Below, piece after piece: positions 51,941 through 64,000 of a stretch of DNA of 64,000 bases; within the stretch, counting starts at the first letter, position 1; the number at the start of each line of letters is the position of its first letter. The stretch spans positions 58,944,742 through 59,008,741 of the forward strand of contig NC_068981.1 in NCBI RefSeq assembly GCF_001194135.2, written 5' to 3'. Under the pieces are notes generated by a model, which had not been told where the DNA came from, did not search any database, and saw nothing but the letters and a program-made list of their open reading frames with translations. The position numbers and the translations under genes are program-made. The stretch is from Octopus bimaculoides. Taxonomy: Eukaryota.

Positions 51941-52490
51941 TCCAACCCGTCAGAGCAGACTTGCACTATTTTCTCCTTGAAACCAGGTGTCAATTGCCAA
52001 AGTACCCACTTTGTATACATTTTCCGATTCTGAAAGTCTTCCACCATCTTCTGTAACGTAATGAGACAACGATTCTGTTGTGCAGCAAGTTTACGGATGT
52101 GATTCGTCTGTCTGCGCGAATCATTTCGTTTACTTACTGGCGATTCGCGTCAGCAGCCTTGGTCAATGATTTCCTACTGCATTGTTCGTCTTCAGTATTA
52201 GTTTACCCTTCTTTGAATGACATCATTCTGTGCATATTGTTCTTGATAATGACATAAACAATCCACAGTCATCTGTTAAAGTCGGACAGTCTGTACCTCT
52301 TCACCAAGAAATCAGTAACGGTACGTTGCCTCTGCTTGGAATCCATTGTTATCCTGCAATAAAGACGAATAGAGAGAAGAGTTTTTGTAGAGGAAGAGTT
52401 ACTCGACCAGCCAGTACCATTTGAATGATATGTGTCAGATAATAAGATAATTATGTCCATCCCTACGTTACTTTTGGGAGAACCCTTGTA
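51941..52490 (-). mobile_element. mariner N-terminal half with TIR
   Basis: TIR tacaagggttctcccaaaagtaacgta; MDSKQRQRTVTDFLVK; EDFQNRKMYTKWVLWQLTPGFKEKIVQVCSDGLE (WVPxxLT motif). It ends abruptly at the TA of the neighbouring mariner. Confidence 0.8.
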
Positions 52491-52512
52491 TACACACACA
52501 CACATACACACA

Positions 52513-52559
<47 letters not shown>

Positions 52560-53611
52560 NNNNNNNNNNNNNNNNNNNNNNNNNNNNNNNNNNNNNNNNN
52601 NNNNNNNNNNNNNNNNNNNNNNNNNNNNNNNNNNNNNNNNNNNNNNNNNNNNNNNNNNNNNNNNNNNNNNNNNNNNNNNNNNNNNNNNNNNNNNNNNNNN
52701 NNNNNNNNNNNNNNNNNNNNNNNNNNNNNNNNNNNNNNNNNNNNNNNNNNNNNNNNNNNNNNNNNNNNNNNNNNNNNNNNNNNNNNNNNNNNNNNNNNNN
52801 NNNNNNNNNNNNNNNNNNNNNNNNNNNNNNNNNNNNNNNNNNNNNNNNNNNNNNNNNNNNNNNNNNNNNNNNNNNNNNNNNNNNNNNNNNNNNNNNNNNN
52901 NNNNNNNNNNNNNNNNNNNNNNNNNNNNNNNNNNNNNNNNNNNNNNNNNNNNNNNNNNNNNNNNNNNNNNNNNNNNNNNNNNNNNNNNNNNNNNNNNNNN
53001 NNNNNNNNNNNNNNNNNNNNNNNNNNNNNNNNNNNNNNNNNNNNNNNNNNNNNNNNNNNNNNNNNNNNNNNNNNNNNNNNNNNNNNNNNNNNNNNNNNNN
53101 NNNNNNNNNNNNNNNNNNNNNNNNNNNNNNNNNNNNNNNNNNNNNNNNNNNNNNNNNNNNNNNNNNNNNNNNNNNNNNNNNNNNNNNNNNNNNNNNNNNN
53201 NNNNNNNNNNNNNNNNNNNNNNNNNNNNNNNNNNNNNNNNNNNNNNNNNNNNNNNNNNNNNNNNNNNNNNNNNNNNNNNNNNNNNNNNNNNNNNNNNNNN
53301 NNNNNNNNNNNNNNNNNNNNNNNNNNNNNNNNNNNNNNNNNNNNNNNNNNNNNNNNNNNNNNNNNNNNNNNNNNNNNNNNNNNNNNNNNNNNNNNNNNNN
53401 NNNNNNNNNNNNNNNNNNNNNNNNNNNNNNNNNNNNNNNNNNNNNNNNNNNNNNNNNNNNNNNNNNNNNNNNNNNNNNNNNNNNNNNNNNNNNNNNNNNN
53501 NNNNNNNNNNNNNNNNNNNNNATACATACATACATACATACATACATGCATGCATGCATGCATACATACATGCATACATACATGCATATATACATACATG
53601 CGTACATACGT

Positions 53612-53662
<51 letters not shown>

Positions 53663-53949
53663 CATATATATACATATATATATATATTTACACACACATA
53701 CACACACACACACACACAGTGTTTGTGACAGTGTGTAGTAGATGATAAAATCAGTTGAGTATTTAACGAAATGAAATGTCTTGCTGATTTGTCACTATGC
53801 GGTATTTTGTTACCTGGTTTCTGTTTTCAATCTTTGTGGGATCGATAATAAGTACAGGACGTATCGGACATTCAATGAGATCGATTTGCTGATTTGTCAA
53901 ATGATAACTAGTATATAGCTAGAAATATATCTTCTCTCTTTCTCGTATA

Positions 53950-55935
53950 CACATATGGTGGTTGTTTACTTCTTATGTAAAGATTGCCCACCTCCTGTAC
54001 CTACACCTTAGCACCATCATGGTATCTGATGTGGCTTTTTAAACTAGACAATGTTCTGAAAAGACACCCGCATAGATTGCACCTCCAATGTGGACCACCA
54101 AGAGCTGCAGATAAATTTTGATCTTTGTGGATCTTAAAATGTCTTTTGAGGCCTCCGTTAGATTTGCAAACCTTCTGGCATACACTGCATTCAAAGGTGT
54201 GCACAGACACATAGGCAGAATAGTTGGTGGAGGTTCGTTTTCCATGGGTTCGCAGATGAGATTGGAGCCCATCAAAAGACAGGTGTGGTCTGTCACAAAC
54301 TGTGCACACAAAAAGGTCATTGTCATTCACCTTCTCGATCGTAACATTCTTCCTTAGATCTCTTTTGAGTCTTACATGCGTTATCCTAGCCTCTTCAAAT
54401 GCTTTCACTCCACTCCACACTTTTGTTCGCCATCAAACTCGATCCGAAGCAAGGGTTTCTATGTCTTCTGGATCCATTCCAAGTGACTTCATAGTAGTCC
54501 TTATGCCATCCTTACACCTTTTTTTAGTTTTACGCCGATAGCGTTTTCCCTCTGCAAGCTCACCATAAAACAGCTGTTCGGCATGTGTTCATCTGCCATT
54601 CGAACAATATAGCCACACCATTTCATTTAGTTCCTCAAAATCATAGCTTTAATTGAGGTGATGCCTGCAGATGCAAGGACATCTGTGTTTGGAGTAAAAA
54701 AGAAACTCCATTTAATTTCTAAAATGTGATGAAGACGTTTTTGGTGGAATTGTTCTAACAATTGAAAATGCCTTTCATAACAAGTCCATGTTTCACAAGA
54801 ATACAACAGGGGTGGTAAGACAAATGATTTGTGAAGAGCCAGCTTTGTATTCTTATTTATATGTTGCTGGCACCAAAGCGTGACTCCAAGTCACCAAATG
54901 CTTTTGCTGCCCTTTGAATTCGCATCTGTATTTCTGTGTGAAGATTTCTATCATTTTGTACAGAGCTTCCAAGCTAGATGAACGAATCGACAACCTCAAG
55001 TAACTTACCCGTAACAAAAATTTTAGTGGGGGTGGGGTGTTACAAACGGTACCACACGCAGGTTGATGCATTAAAACTATTTTTTTCAAGTTGATGGTCT
55101 AGCGAAAATCATCACAAGCCGAGTCAAATGCAGATACAAGAGATTGCAGACCTGTTTCAGAATGAGTGACAAGATCGCAATCGTCAGCGTATAAAAGTTC
55201 CCTTATGAGTGAAGTAAAAATCTTCGTTTTGAATTTCAGTCTGGTCAGATTAAAAACATTCCCTGTTGTTCGATATTTTATGTAAATACCTTCTTCAGAA
55301 TTTTGAAAAGCATGTGACAACACAACAGCAAAGTATATTTCAAAGAGGGTGAGGGTGGGTGCATCAAGGTCTCCTTGCTTTACTCCATTTTCCACAGCAA
55401 AAGATTCAGAGAGCCTACCACCAAAGTTTTCATATCTAGATGTAAAACCCTGATCATGTTTACAAATTTTTCTGGGCAACCTATTTTCCTTAGAATTAGC
55501 CACGGAGAATTTCGTTTAACAGTATCGAATGCTTTGCTCAAATCAACAAAGCAATGGTATAGAGCAAGATTCTGTTTAATGCACTTTTCTTGAAATTGTC
55601 TGATAGTAAAGATACAATCAGCTATGCCTCTGAAGGAACAAAAACCACACTGCGACTCAGACACTATATTTGGAACTATGAAGGTATTTAAACGTTCTAA
55701 CAAAATGCGGGCAAGTGCCTTTCCAACCACAGACAAAAGCGAAATCCCACGAAAATTACTACACAGATCCTTTGGCCCTGATTTATACAAGGAGTCTTGA
55801 GGCACTTTCTCAGTTCTCCAACAGTGACAAATTAATATATTTAAGAGTTCAAAAATTTTTTCACCCATATATTTCAAGACTTCTGCACAAATCCCATCAG
55901 ACTGTGGAGAGTATGCAGAGTGGGAAGGACGACAG
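53950..55935 (-). mobile_element. 5'-truncated RTE-clade LINE (RT plus C-terminal triple C2H2 zinc finger)
   Basis: NFRGISLLSVVGKALARILL, ESQCGF, FVDLSKAFDTV, GVKQGD..APTL, LIRELLYADDCDL. The C-terminal ORF 54001-54420 has three CX2CX12HX3H motifs; the RT is frameshifted. Confidence 0.93.
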
Positions 55936-55984
55936 AGTGGAAAACAGAGTGAGCGTGAAATAAAAGATAGGTAGATAGATAGAT

Positions 55985-56034
<50 letters not shown>

Positions 56035-57753
56035 AGAGAGAGAGAGAGATACATAGATAGATAGATAGATAGATAAATAGATAGACAGACAGATATATAT
56101 ATATTTAGAGAGAGAGAGAGTATACTGTATGCTACTCTTAAAAAGTAAGAATGAAGTAAAATGCTGAAAAAACAATGTGACTTTTATTCTTTTTGAAATC
56201 GAAATACCGAGTAGATATATTTGCATGAAGTGAAATGTATACTAATAGATGGTTATCATGATGAATTGAAAGGGAATTGACAATAATATTGAATATCTAA
56301 TGAGGCATATAAAATTAATGAAGTACCTTTTAATAATGTGTAATTAGAAAAATCCATGTATAATTATAATTATGGTTGCTATCAACTTAAAGATTGGATT
56401 GAAATGGTATTATGGTATTTTTAGGTTTTAGAACCACTTAAATGCTAAATATATCTCATATCTGAATAAAGTAATATTGACAGTCTGTATCGCCCAAACC
56501 CCACTAAAAATTAAATAACTATCAAAAGATCTTCAATACAACTCGTAAGTTAGGTTAAAAGGAGGTAATAGGCTGAATGTCATATGCAAAATAAACAAGA
56601 AACCTAATTAATTAAAATATCCAATCTACTCAATGAAAGGACTCAAAAACCTTCAGGCAATTGTTAGCGATTGTCATATAATACCGCAAATACTTGTCCT
56701 ATAACCAGATGCAACTTCAAAAACCAACGTTAATGCAACTTGATTGTCTATATGATGATATTTTAGAGATAAATCGCAAATATTCGTATCTGTGACAAGA
56801 TATTCATTTATCTTTTTACCGATTCCAATCATTGTTTTGCGGCCATGCTGGGGCCTTTAGTCGAATATAGCGACCCATATACTTATTGTAATCATATTTT
56901 AGACGATTGGTAAAGTTACTATTTTGAAACAAAACAGGTCTTGTGGCGTACACATAAACACTAACACGAACAAAATACTAAAATACGTCTGTTGTACTCC
57001 TTCCACACACATTATATATATATATANNNNNNNNNNNNNNNNNNNNNNNNNNNNNNNNNNNNNNNNNNNNNNNNNNNNNNNNNNNNNNNNNNNNNNNNNN
57101 NNNNNNNNNNNNNNNNNNNNNNNNNNNNNNNNNNNNNNNNNNNNNNNNNNNNNNNNNNNNNNNNNNNNNNNNNNNNNNNNNNNNNNNNNNNNNNNNNNNN
57201 NNNNNNNNNNNNNNNNNNNNNNNNNNNNNNNNNNNNNNNNNNNNNNNNNNNNNNNNNNNNNNNNNNNNNNNNNNNNNNNNNNNNNNNNNNNNNNNNNNNN
57301 NNNNNNNNNNNNNNNNNNNNNNNNNNNNNNNNNNNNNNNNNNNNNNNNNNNNNNNNNNNNNNNNNNNNNNNNNNNNNNNNNNNNNNNNNNNNNNNNNNNN
57401 NNNNNNNNNNNNNNNNNNNNNNNNNNNNNNNNNNNNNNNNNNNNNNNNNNNNNNNNNNNNNNNNNNNNNNNNNNNNNNNNNNNNNNNNNNNNNNNNNNNN
57501 NNNNNNNNNNNNNNNNNNNNNNNNNNNNNNNNNNNNNNNNNNNNNNNNNNNNNNNNNNNNNNNNNNNNNNNNNNNNNNNNNNNNNNNNNNNNNNNNNNNN
57601 NNNNNNNNNNNNNNNNNNNNNNNNNNNNNNNNNNNNNNNNNNNNNNNNNNNNNNNNNNNNNNNNNNNNNNNNNNNNNNNNNNNNNNNNNNNNNNNNNNNN
57701 NNNNNNNNNNNNNNNNNNNNNNNNNNNNNNNNNNNNNNNNNNNNNNNNNNNNN

Positions 57754-57819
<66 letters not shown>

Positions 57820-57823
<4 letters not shown>

Positions 57824-57945
57824 ACGGGCTTCTGCACGGCTTCCGCCCTCCGAATCCCAGACAAAGTATTAATCGACCAGAGGCTACAATATAAGACAAT
57901 TTCCCATTTTACCATGCATTGAGATAGAACCCGGAAACATGTAAT
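57820..57945 (-). mobile_element. SINE head module (family of 6465-6830) abutting an expanded (GT)n tract
   Basis: acgggcttctgcacggcttccg...gaggctacaatataagac...gaacccggaaacatg parallels 6695-6800. Confidence 0.65.
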
Positions 57946-58520
57946 TTTAAAGTAAACTTAACCATACAGCTCTGTCTGCACCTAGGAATGTTTCAAAGTC
58001 ACTCAGCATTGCTGCTAGTTTGTCTCAAGTCAATCAAAAACATTGCAGCTGCAGCAACTCCTTATAATGGACACCTCAGTGACTATCTTATCTAGTATAT
58101 TATTTAAAATCGTAGAACACGACCTAAGGAAGTTTTGGCTCTTTAACAGAAAACTTCCTCATTGGTATGTATTTAAAATTGGTAACTTACTAATATAGAA
58201 AATATATGTTTTCAAATGTGTCTCAATCTCTGTCTCTCTGTCTTTGTTTCTGTCTGTTTGTCTCGGTTTCTCTCTCTCTCTCTCTCTTTCTCCTCGGGGT
58301 CTATCATACAATGTTCTCTTTTAATATCTTGGAAGCATTTGAAAATTGGTATACACACCGCACTCTCTCCGAAATTGAATCTACCTTAAAATGCCTTGTA
58401 ACACTTAATAAGATTGTGGTAATAGTTTATTTAAATGTACTAGTTGGGCTAATTTTCACCGCGTGCGCACATGCACGCACACACACAAACATACACACAC
58501 ACACAAACATACACACACAA

Positions 58521-58567
<47 letters not shown>

Positions 58568-58862
58568 NNNNNNNNNNNNNNNNNNNNNNNNNNNNNNNNN
58601 NNNNNNNNNNNNNNNNNNNNNNNNNNNNNNNNNNNNNNNNNNNNNNNNNNNNNNNNNNNNNNNNNNNNNNNNNNNNNNNNNNNNNNNNNNNNNNNNNNNN
58701 NNNNNNNNNNNNNNNNNNNNNNNNNNNNNNNNNNNNNNNNNNNNNNNNNNNNNNNNNNNNNNNNNNNNNNNNNNNNNNNNNNNNNNNNNNNNNNNNNNNN
58801 NNNNNNNNNNNNNNNNNNNNNNNNNNNNNNNNNNNNNNNNNNNNNNNNNNNNNNNNNNNNNN

Positions 58863-58911
<49 letters not shown>

Positions 58912-59073
58912 ACTATACAAGTTGACAGATATGCAGCTCTTGAAATACCTATTAATAAACTTATCTAGTTAAATAGACACTTATTTTAAACTAAGCTACA
59001 TCAGTGTAATACTGTCTGCAACTGGAAATACACATCAATACGATCTTTTTTCTTAAGTCTGCTTGAATTCATG

Positions 59074-59146
59074 ACGTTGCTTGAATTCATGCTGGTTTAT
59101 AGATGATTATTAATCATCTATGAACCAGCATGAATTCAAACAATGT
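59074..59146. repeat. Near-perfect 73-bp palindrome (1-nt spacer)
   Basis: ttgcttgaattcatgctggtttatagatgatta-t-taatcatctatgaaccagcatgaattcaaacaa. Confidence 0.9.
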
Positions 59147-60759
59147 TTGAACTGGAATAAAAATCGACTTTAGGTTAATTGAAGCGGAAGGGAGCAGTGC
59201 GGTGTTTTGGAGGTTAAAAGACGATACTCCGACCAGAATTCAAAGCTACTATGAAGGTCACGTAGGTTAGTTGCAACAGACTCTTTTTAATGTATACTTT
59301 TGTTTCGCTTCATCATCCTAGCTGTATGTAGGTGGATGGATAAATTGACGTTGGAATCTCACTAAATACGTCTTTAGTAATTTAGAGACCATTATTGTAT
59401 TTACTTACTTTTGTTTTGAATAGAAATTTGTAATTGTCTTTCAAAATTGATGGGAGAAAAAATTTGCGTTAACTTATCGTGACATACAACGTTTATCGAA
59501 ACATTAGTGTTTACCTGTGGTCTTTATATTTAGAAGTCTCAGTAAAGTGATAGATCGAACTAATAACTACCTTAAACATACTTAATCACGTGCAGCTACA
59601 CAAAAATCATGCACCAAAATGAATATATCCCTGCTACATTTACAACATAAACAATACATTCTATTTATGGTAACGGTTTCGCATTTTTCTATAATATCTT
59701 CATACAATACAAAATAATTTTTGTCTGTCTTGATTTGTGACTCAGCGAAGTTATTTTAGGTGAAATACATCTCGGTGAGCTCAATTGTCCTTTCGAATTT
59801 AAATCCACTGCGATCCTTATGAATATTCATTGTTATATTATGGAAGACGTGGCATTTTGAGGTTAAATCAATGCTACTGCCTTCCAATTTTTTTTCTACT
59901 ATAGGCACCAGGCCTGAAATTTTGGGAGAGGAGCTTTAAGAATATTTCTCTTTATAAATGTCTTATCAATTCCTATATATATATNNNNNNNNNNNNNNNN
60001 NNNNNNNNNNNNNNNNNNNNNNNNNNNNNNNNNNNNNNNNNNNNNNNNNNNNNNNNNNNNNNNNNNNNNNNNNNNNNNNNNNNNNNNNNNNNNNNNNNNN
60101 NNNNNNNNNNNNNNNNNNNNNNNNNNNNNNNNNNNNNNNNNNNNNNNNNNNNNNNNNNNNNNNNNNNNNNNNNNNNNNNNNNNNNNNNNNNNNNNNNNNN
60201 NNNNNNNNNNNNNNNNNNNNNNNNNNNNNNNNNNNNNNNNNNNNNNNNNNNNNNNNNNNNNNNNNNNNNNNNNNNNNNNNNNNNNNNNNNNNNNNNNNNN
60301 NNNNNNNNNNNNNNNNNNNNNNNNNNNNNNNNNNNNNNNNNNNNNNNNNNNNNNNNNNNNNNNNNNNNNNNNNNNNNNNNNNNNNNNNNNNNNNNNNNNN
60401 NNNNNNNNNNNNNNNNNNNNNNNNNNNNNNNNNNNNNNNNNNNNNNNNNNNNNNNNNNNNNNNNNNNNNNNNNNNNNNNNNNNNNNNNNNNNNNNNNNNN
60501 NNNNNNNNNNNNNNNNNNNNNNNNNNNNNNNNNNNNNNNNNNNNNNNNNNNNNNNNNNNNNNNNNNNNNNNNNNNNNNNNNNNNNNNNNNNNNNNNNNNN
60601 NNNNNNNNNNNNNNNNNNNNNNNNNNNNNNNNNNNNNNNNNNNNNNNNNNNNNNNNNNNNNNNNNNNNNNNNNNNNNNNNNNNNNNNNNNNNNNNNNNNN
60701 NNNNNNNNNNNNNNNNNNNNNNNNNNNNNNNNNNNNNNNNNNNNNNNNNNNNNNNNNNN

Positions 60760-60803
<44 letters not shown>

Positions 60804-61489
60804 TTTTTACTAATTAATATTGAACGGTTGAATGAGTCGAACCGTACATATTTTGCTTATGAAGAAATTTTTTCCCATTGCATCCACAAGATGGGATACC
60901 AAAAGTCTATTCTTCAAGTAGAGGTCAGGTATTCTAAGAATTGTACTTACGGTTTTCAGAGGATATGATATCCGGTCATTATACTGCAACTTGTGCAATA
61001 AAACGTCCCATTATAATATATAGGATGATGATTCCATAATGTTACTGCGATAGTTGGTGAGGCTTGGTTCAATCATTCCTATCAGGTTCTCGAATAGGAA
61101 TATTGAGGGGATATCAATTATCAAAAATAAATAAATGAATAATATAAATATAAGTAAAGGTCGACTAACAGTGAGACAAAACGCTATAGGTTCTGTCGAT
61201 ATTCACGTGTTTCTCAATTCCGAAGATTTGTTTGTAAGGGATTTACGAGAAGGGAGATTATGTCAGTTCGTCGTTCGTCACCTTGCAGTGTTGAGTTAAA
61301 CTTCTCTTGCATGTTTAGAGAGAGTGATAGGAAAGTACTGACTATTATTCTGTCCATCCATTGTCTTTACAAAACGTATTCAGAGTCAAGTGGCAAAGTT
61401 TGGAATAACTAATGACAAGATTTGTAACATCTGTAGATTCCCATTTCACATTTACATAAAATGCTATTAAATTTAAATTTACAAGACCA

Positions 61490-62700
61490 TTTTAAATGCC
61501 GATCATGACCAAATGTTCGGCCTTGATTTGCTGAGCAAATTTACAACGGATCCAACAGGCGAGGCGTTGTCGGTTATCAGGACTAGACTAGAAAGAATAA
61601 CAATTAATAAAAAAAAAAACAACAAAAAACCCAACAAAACCTCCTTTCCCCCAAACAAACAGTCACATTGAATGCACGAAATTACTGGCTGATAACATCA
61701 TGCAGATATTAACACTTTGGTTAAGTACGGCTAACTTCTAGATCAAAATTGAAATATATTAACACAAGGAAGAGATGGATAGGAGTTCATCATTGTCGAC
61801 AATAATGGCCAACGTTTACACAGAGTACTTTGAAAAACTAGCTTCAGTAAATTCATCGCTGAAATGTGCAGGGTGGTTTAGATACGTGGATAACACAGTC
61901 ATGGATATTATTTATATCATTTACTTTTGACGGATAATTATCCTCATCTTGTTTGTTGTTAACAACAAACAAGATGAGGACAAATATCCGTCAAATGTAA
62001 ATAATATAAATAATGTGCATAATTCCTCATCTCATAAATATAGAACTGGAACACACTCATGTTCCGGGAATATCAAGCTATTGTAGATTATTTGAACTCT
62101 CTATAACCCCAGTTTACGGTGGAGAGGGAAACAACGACTAACTGATATTCCTTGAGGTACGAATCAGATGATCCGTATAAAAGAAACCACCAACCTCTGT
62201 ACCCTTTTTAAAACAATGAGCCCCATCATCCATACAATGTAAAGAAAGGAGTTACCTGGCACCTGCGATATCGTGCAAAAAATGACCTGCACCAATGGAT
62301 CAGCTTACATAGAAGGAAAGTGTCGTATGAAGAATATATTTCTGAATTACAGGTAAGAAACACAGTTAATCTCGAACACAAAGTAGAGCTTAAAACTAAA
62401 CTTTATTCTGTTTTTACCTTAGTGCAAGTACTTGTCTCAGAAAATTCAGAGAATTTGTAAAGGATTTTACACAAGAACAGTATCAGAGAGTATCATCAAC
62501 TCAAGCAGGTTTCACGCCAAAGTCAAACCAATCCAAGAATGTTTAGAACACATGGACTGCATCTATAACATCCTACGAATTTGTGGAGGGACCCATAAAG
62601 AAGAAACTGAAGACATCTAAAGCTGAGAATACAGGAATATCAAAAACTTTTATAAATAAAAGAAGAATCATCCAAGTTAGAAACAGCTGAATAAATATTG
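61490..62700 (+). mobile_element. Penelope-like element reverse transcriptase relic, interrupted
   Basis: LDLLSKFTTDP.GEAL.VIRTRLE (cf. FDVxSLFTNVP), SSLSTIMANVYTEYFEKLA...WFRYVDNT (YVDD), H.HPYNVKKGV, and SQKIQRICKGFYTRTV. Confidence 0.85.
61907..62014. repeat. 108-bp zero-spacer palindrome inserted in the PLE RT
   Basis: 54-bp arms centred on GTT|AAC (61960/61961) with about 4 mismatches. Confidence 0.92.
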
Positions 62701-63433
62701 TGAAAGAAAGTAAATCACATACTGCTATGGAATAAAATTTACATAATCAGTTGAGAATCACCGGGGGAACTTGGATAAATTAAAATAGTAGTACATATAA
62801 CAACAAACACAACGCTGACTTCAGCTCATTATTACTTTTTTTTTTACTGAACGATACCTATAAATAACTGAAAATGCTGCATGCATAATTAATTTACAAG
62901 TGTTTGTAGCTTAATGGGTATATGCGTCACTACCTAATATTAGAAATACAGGTCCCGATATAGAATTCAGTTTTGTATTATGTGTTGTATATTCCTAAGA
63001 ATAATACATCCGATGACGATGAGAACGTAGGGAACATGTAAACCTAAAACATATATTTATACTCTGAAAGACAAAACCATTGATATCACATATTTCTGTT
63101 GTTTGTTGTGATCACAAATTACTGGTACTTATTCTTTTGATTACAGATAGAGCTGTTGAAATTAGACTCCGTTGGGAGAGCAGCATAGAAACCAACTCGA
63201 TGTCATGAATCAGTTGGTTTAGCTTATTCACCCACACCGTCAGCTCCAGCGTATATAGGATATTGTCCATATTGTATTTCGTAAGATATGGTCTCCCACA
63301 ACCCTTGTTTCCAATTTCCATTTCCATTTAACTGACTTAAGTACTTACAAGAGGAAGCCGCATATCAGCAATTACTATCGATTCCATAGGATATATATGC
63401 TTATGGAAATATGGAAGTTTGCCAATCGCTCTC

Positions 63434-63483
<50 letters not shown>

Positions 63484-63657
63484 CACACTCACACACACAC
63501 ACACGTGTGTAGATCTATCTATCAATCTATCTATCTATATACACACCCGCCCTCACACACATAAATATATACACACATACGTTAGCATACATATATTTAT
63601 ATATACATGTTTACACCTGTATAATATATATATATGTGTATTATATGTATATGTATG

Positions 63658-63749
<92 letters not shown>

Positions 63750-63963
63750 NNNNNNNNNNNNNNNNNNNNNNNNNNNNNNNNNNNNNNNNNNNNNNNNNNN
63801 NNNNNNNNNNNNNNNNNNNNNNNNNNNNNNNNNNNNNNNNNNNNNNNNNNNNNNNNNNNNNNNNNNNNNNNNNNNNNNNNNNNNNNNNNNNNNNNNNNNN
63901 NNNNNNNNNNNNNNNNNNNNNNNNNNNNNNNNNNNNNNNNNNNNNNNNNNNNNNNNNNNNNNN

Positions 63964-64000
<37 letters not shown>

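Noticed and set aside
52150-52200. Minus-strand CTGAAGA...GAAA spacing
   Set aside because: No helix II pairing, and it lies inside mariner coding sequence.
9273-63744. Dozens of long ORFs made of YI/HT/CV/LS repeats and X runs
   Set aside because: They are translations of microsatellites and N gaps, which lack stop codons by construction; no protein-like content.

Overview
AT-rich, microsatellite-dense animal genomic DNA with many N gaps, nearly all bordered by simple repeats. The SINE families, repeat density and gap pattern resemble an octopus (cephalopod) short-read assembly; this is inference from recalled repeat consensus, not a search. Only one intact protein-coding gene is supported: a single-coding-exon class A GPCR of the FMRFamide-receptor-like group (35275-36381, minus). 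The rest is transposon relics: several Tc1/mariner and pogo elements (some nested), an RTE LINE with three C-terminal C2H2 fingers, CR1/Jockey-like and R4-like LINE fragments, four Penelope-like (PLE) fragments, tRNA-derived SINEs, a 164-bp solo LTR and several foldback palindromes. The most notable signal is non-coding: three type I hammerhead ribozyme folds with short palindromic helix III (10749-10793, 22681-22767, 26628-26801), plus degenerate or partial copies (33494-33519, 44601-44886). The 26.6-kb copy has an intact core and a 25-bp helix I displaced by a 49-nt insert that can form a competing hairpin. Boundaries of degraded elements are approximate, family names come from hand-read motifs, and nearly all other listed ORFs are microsatellite or gap artefacts.
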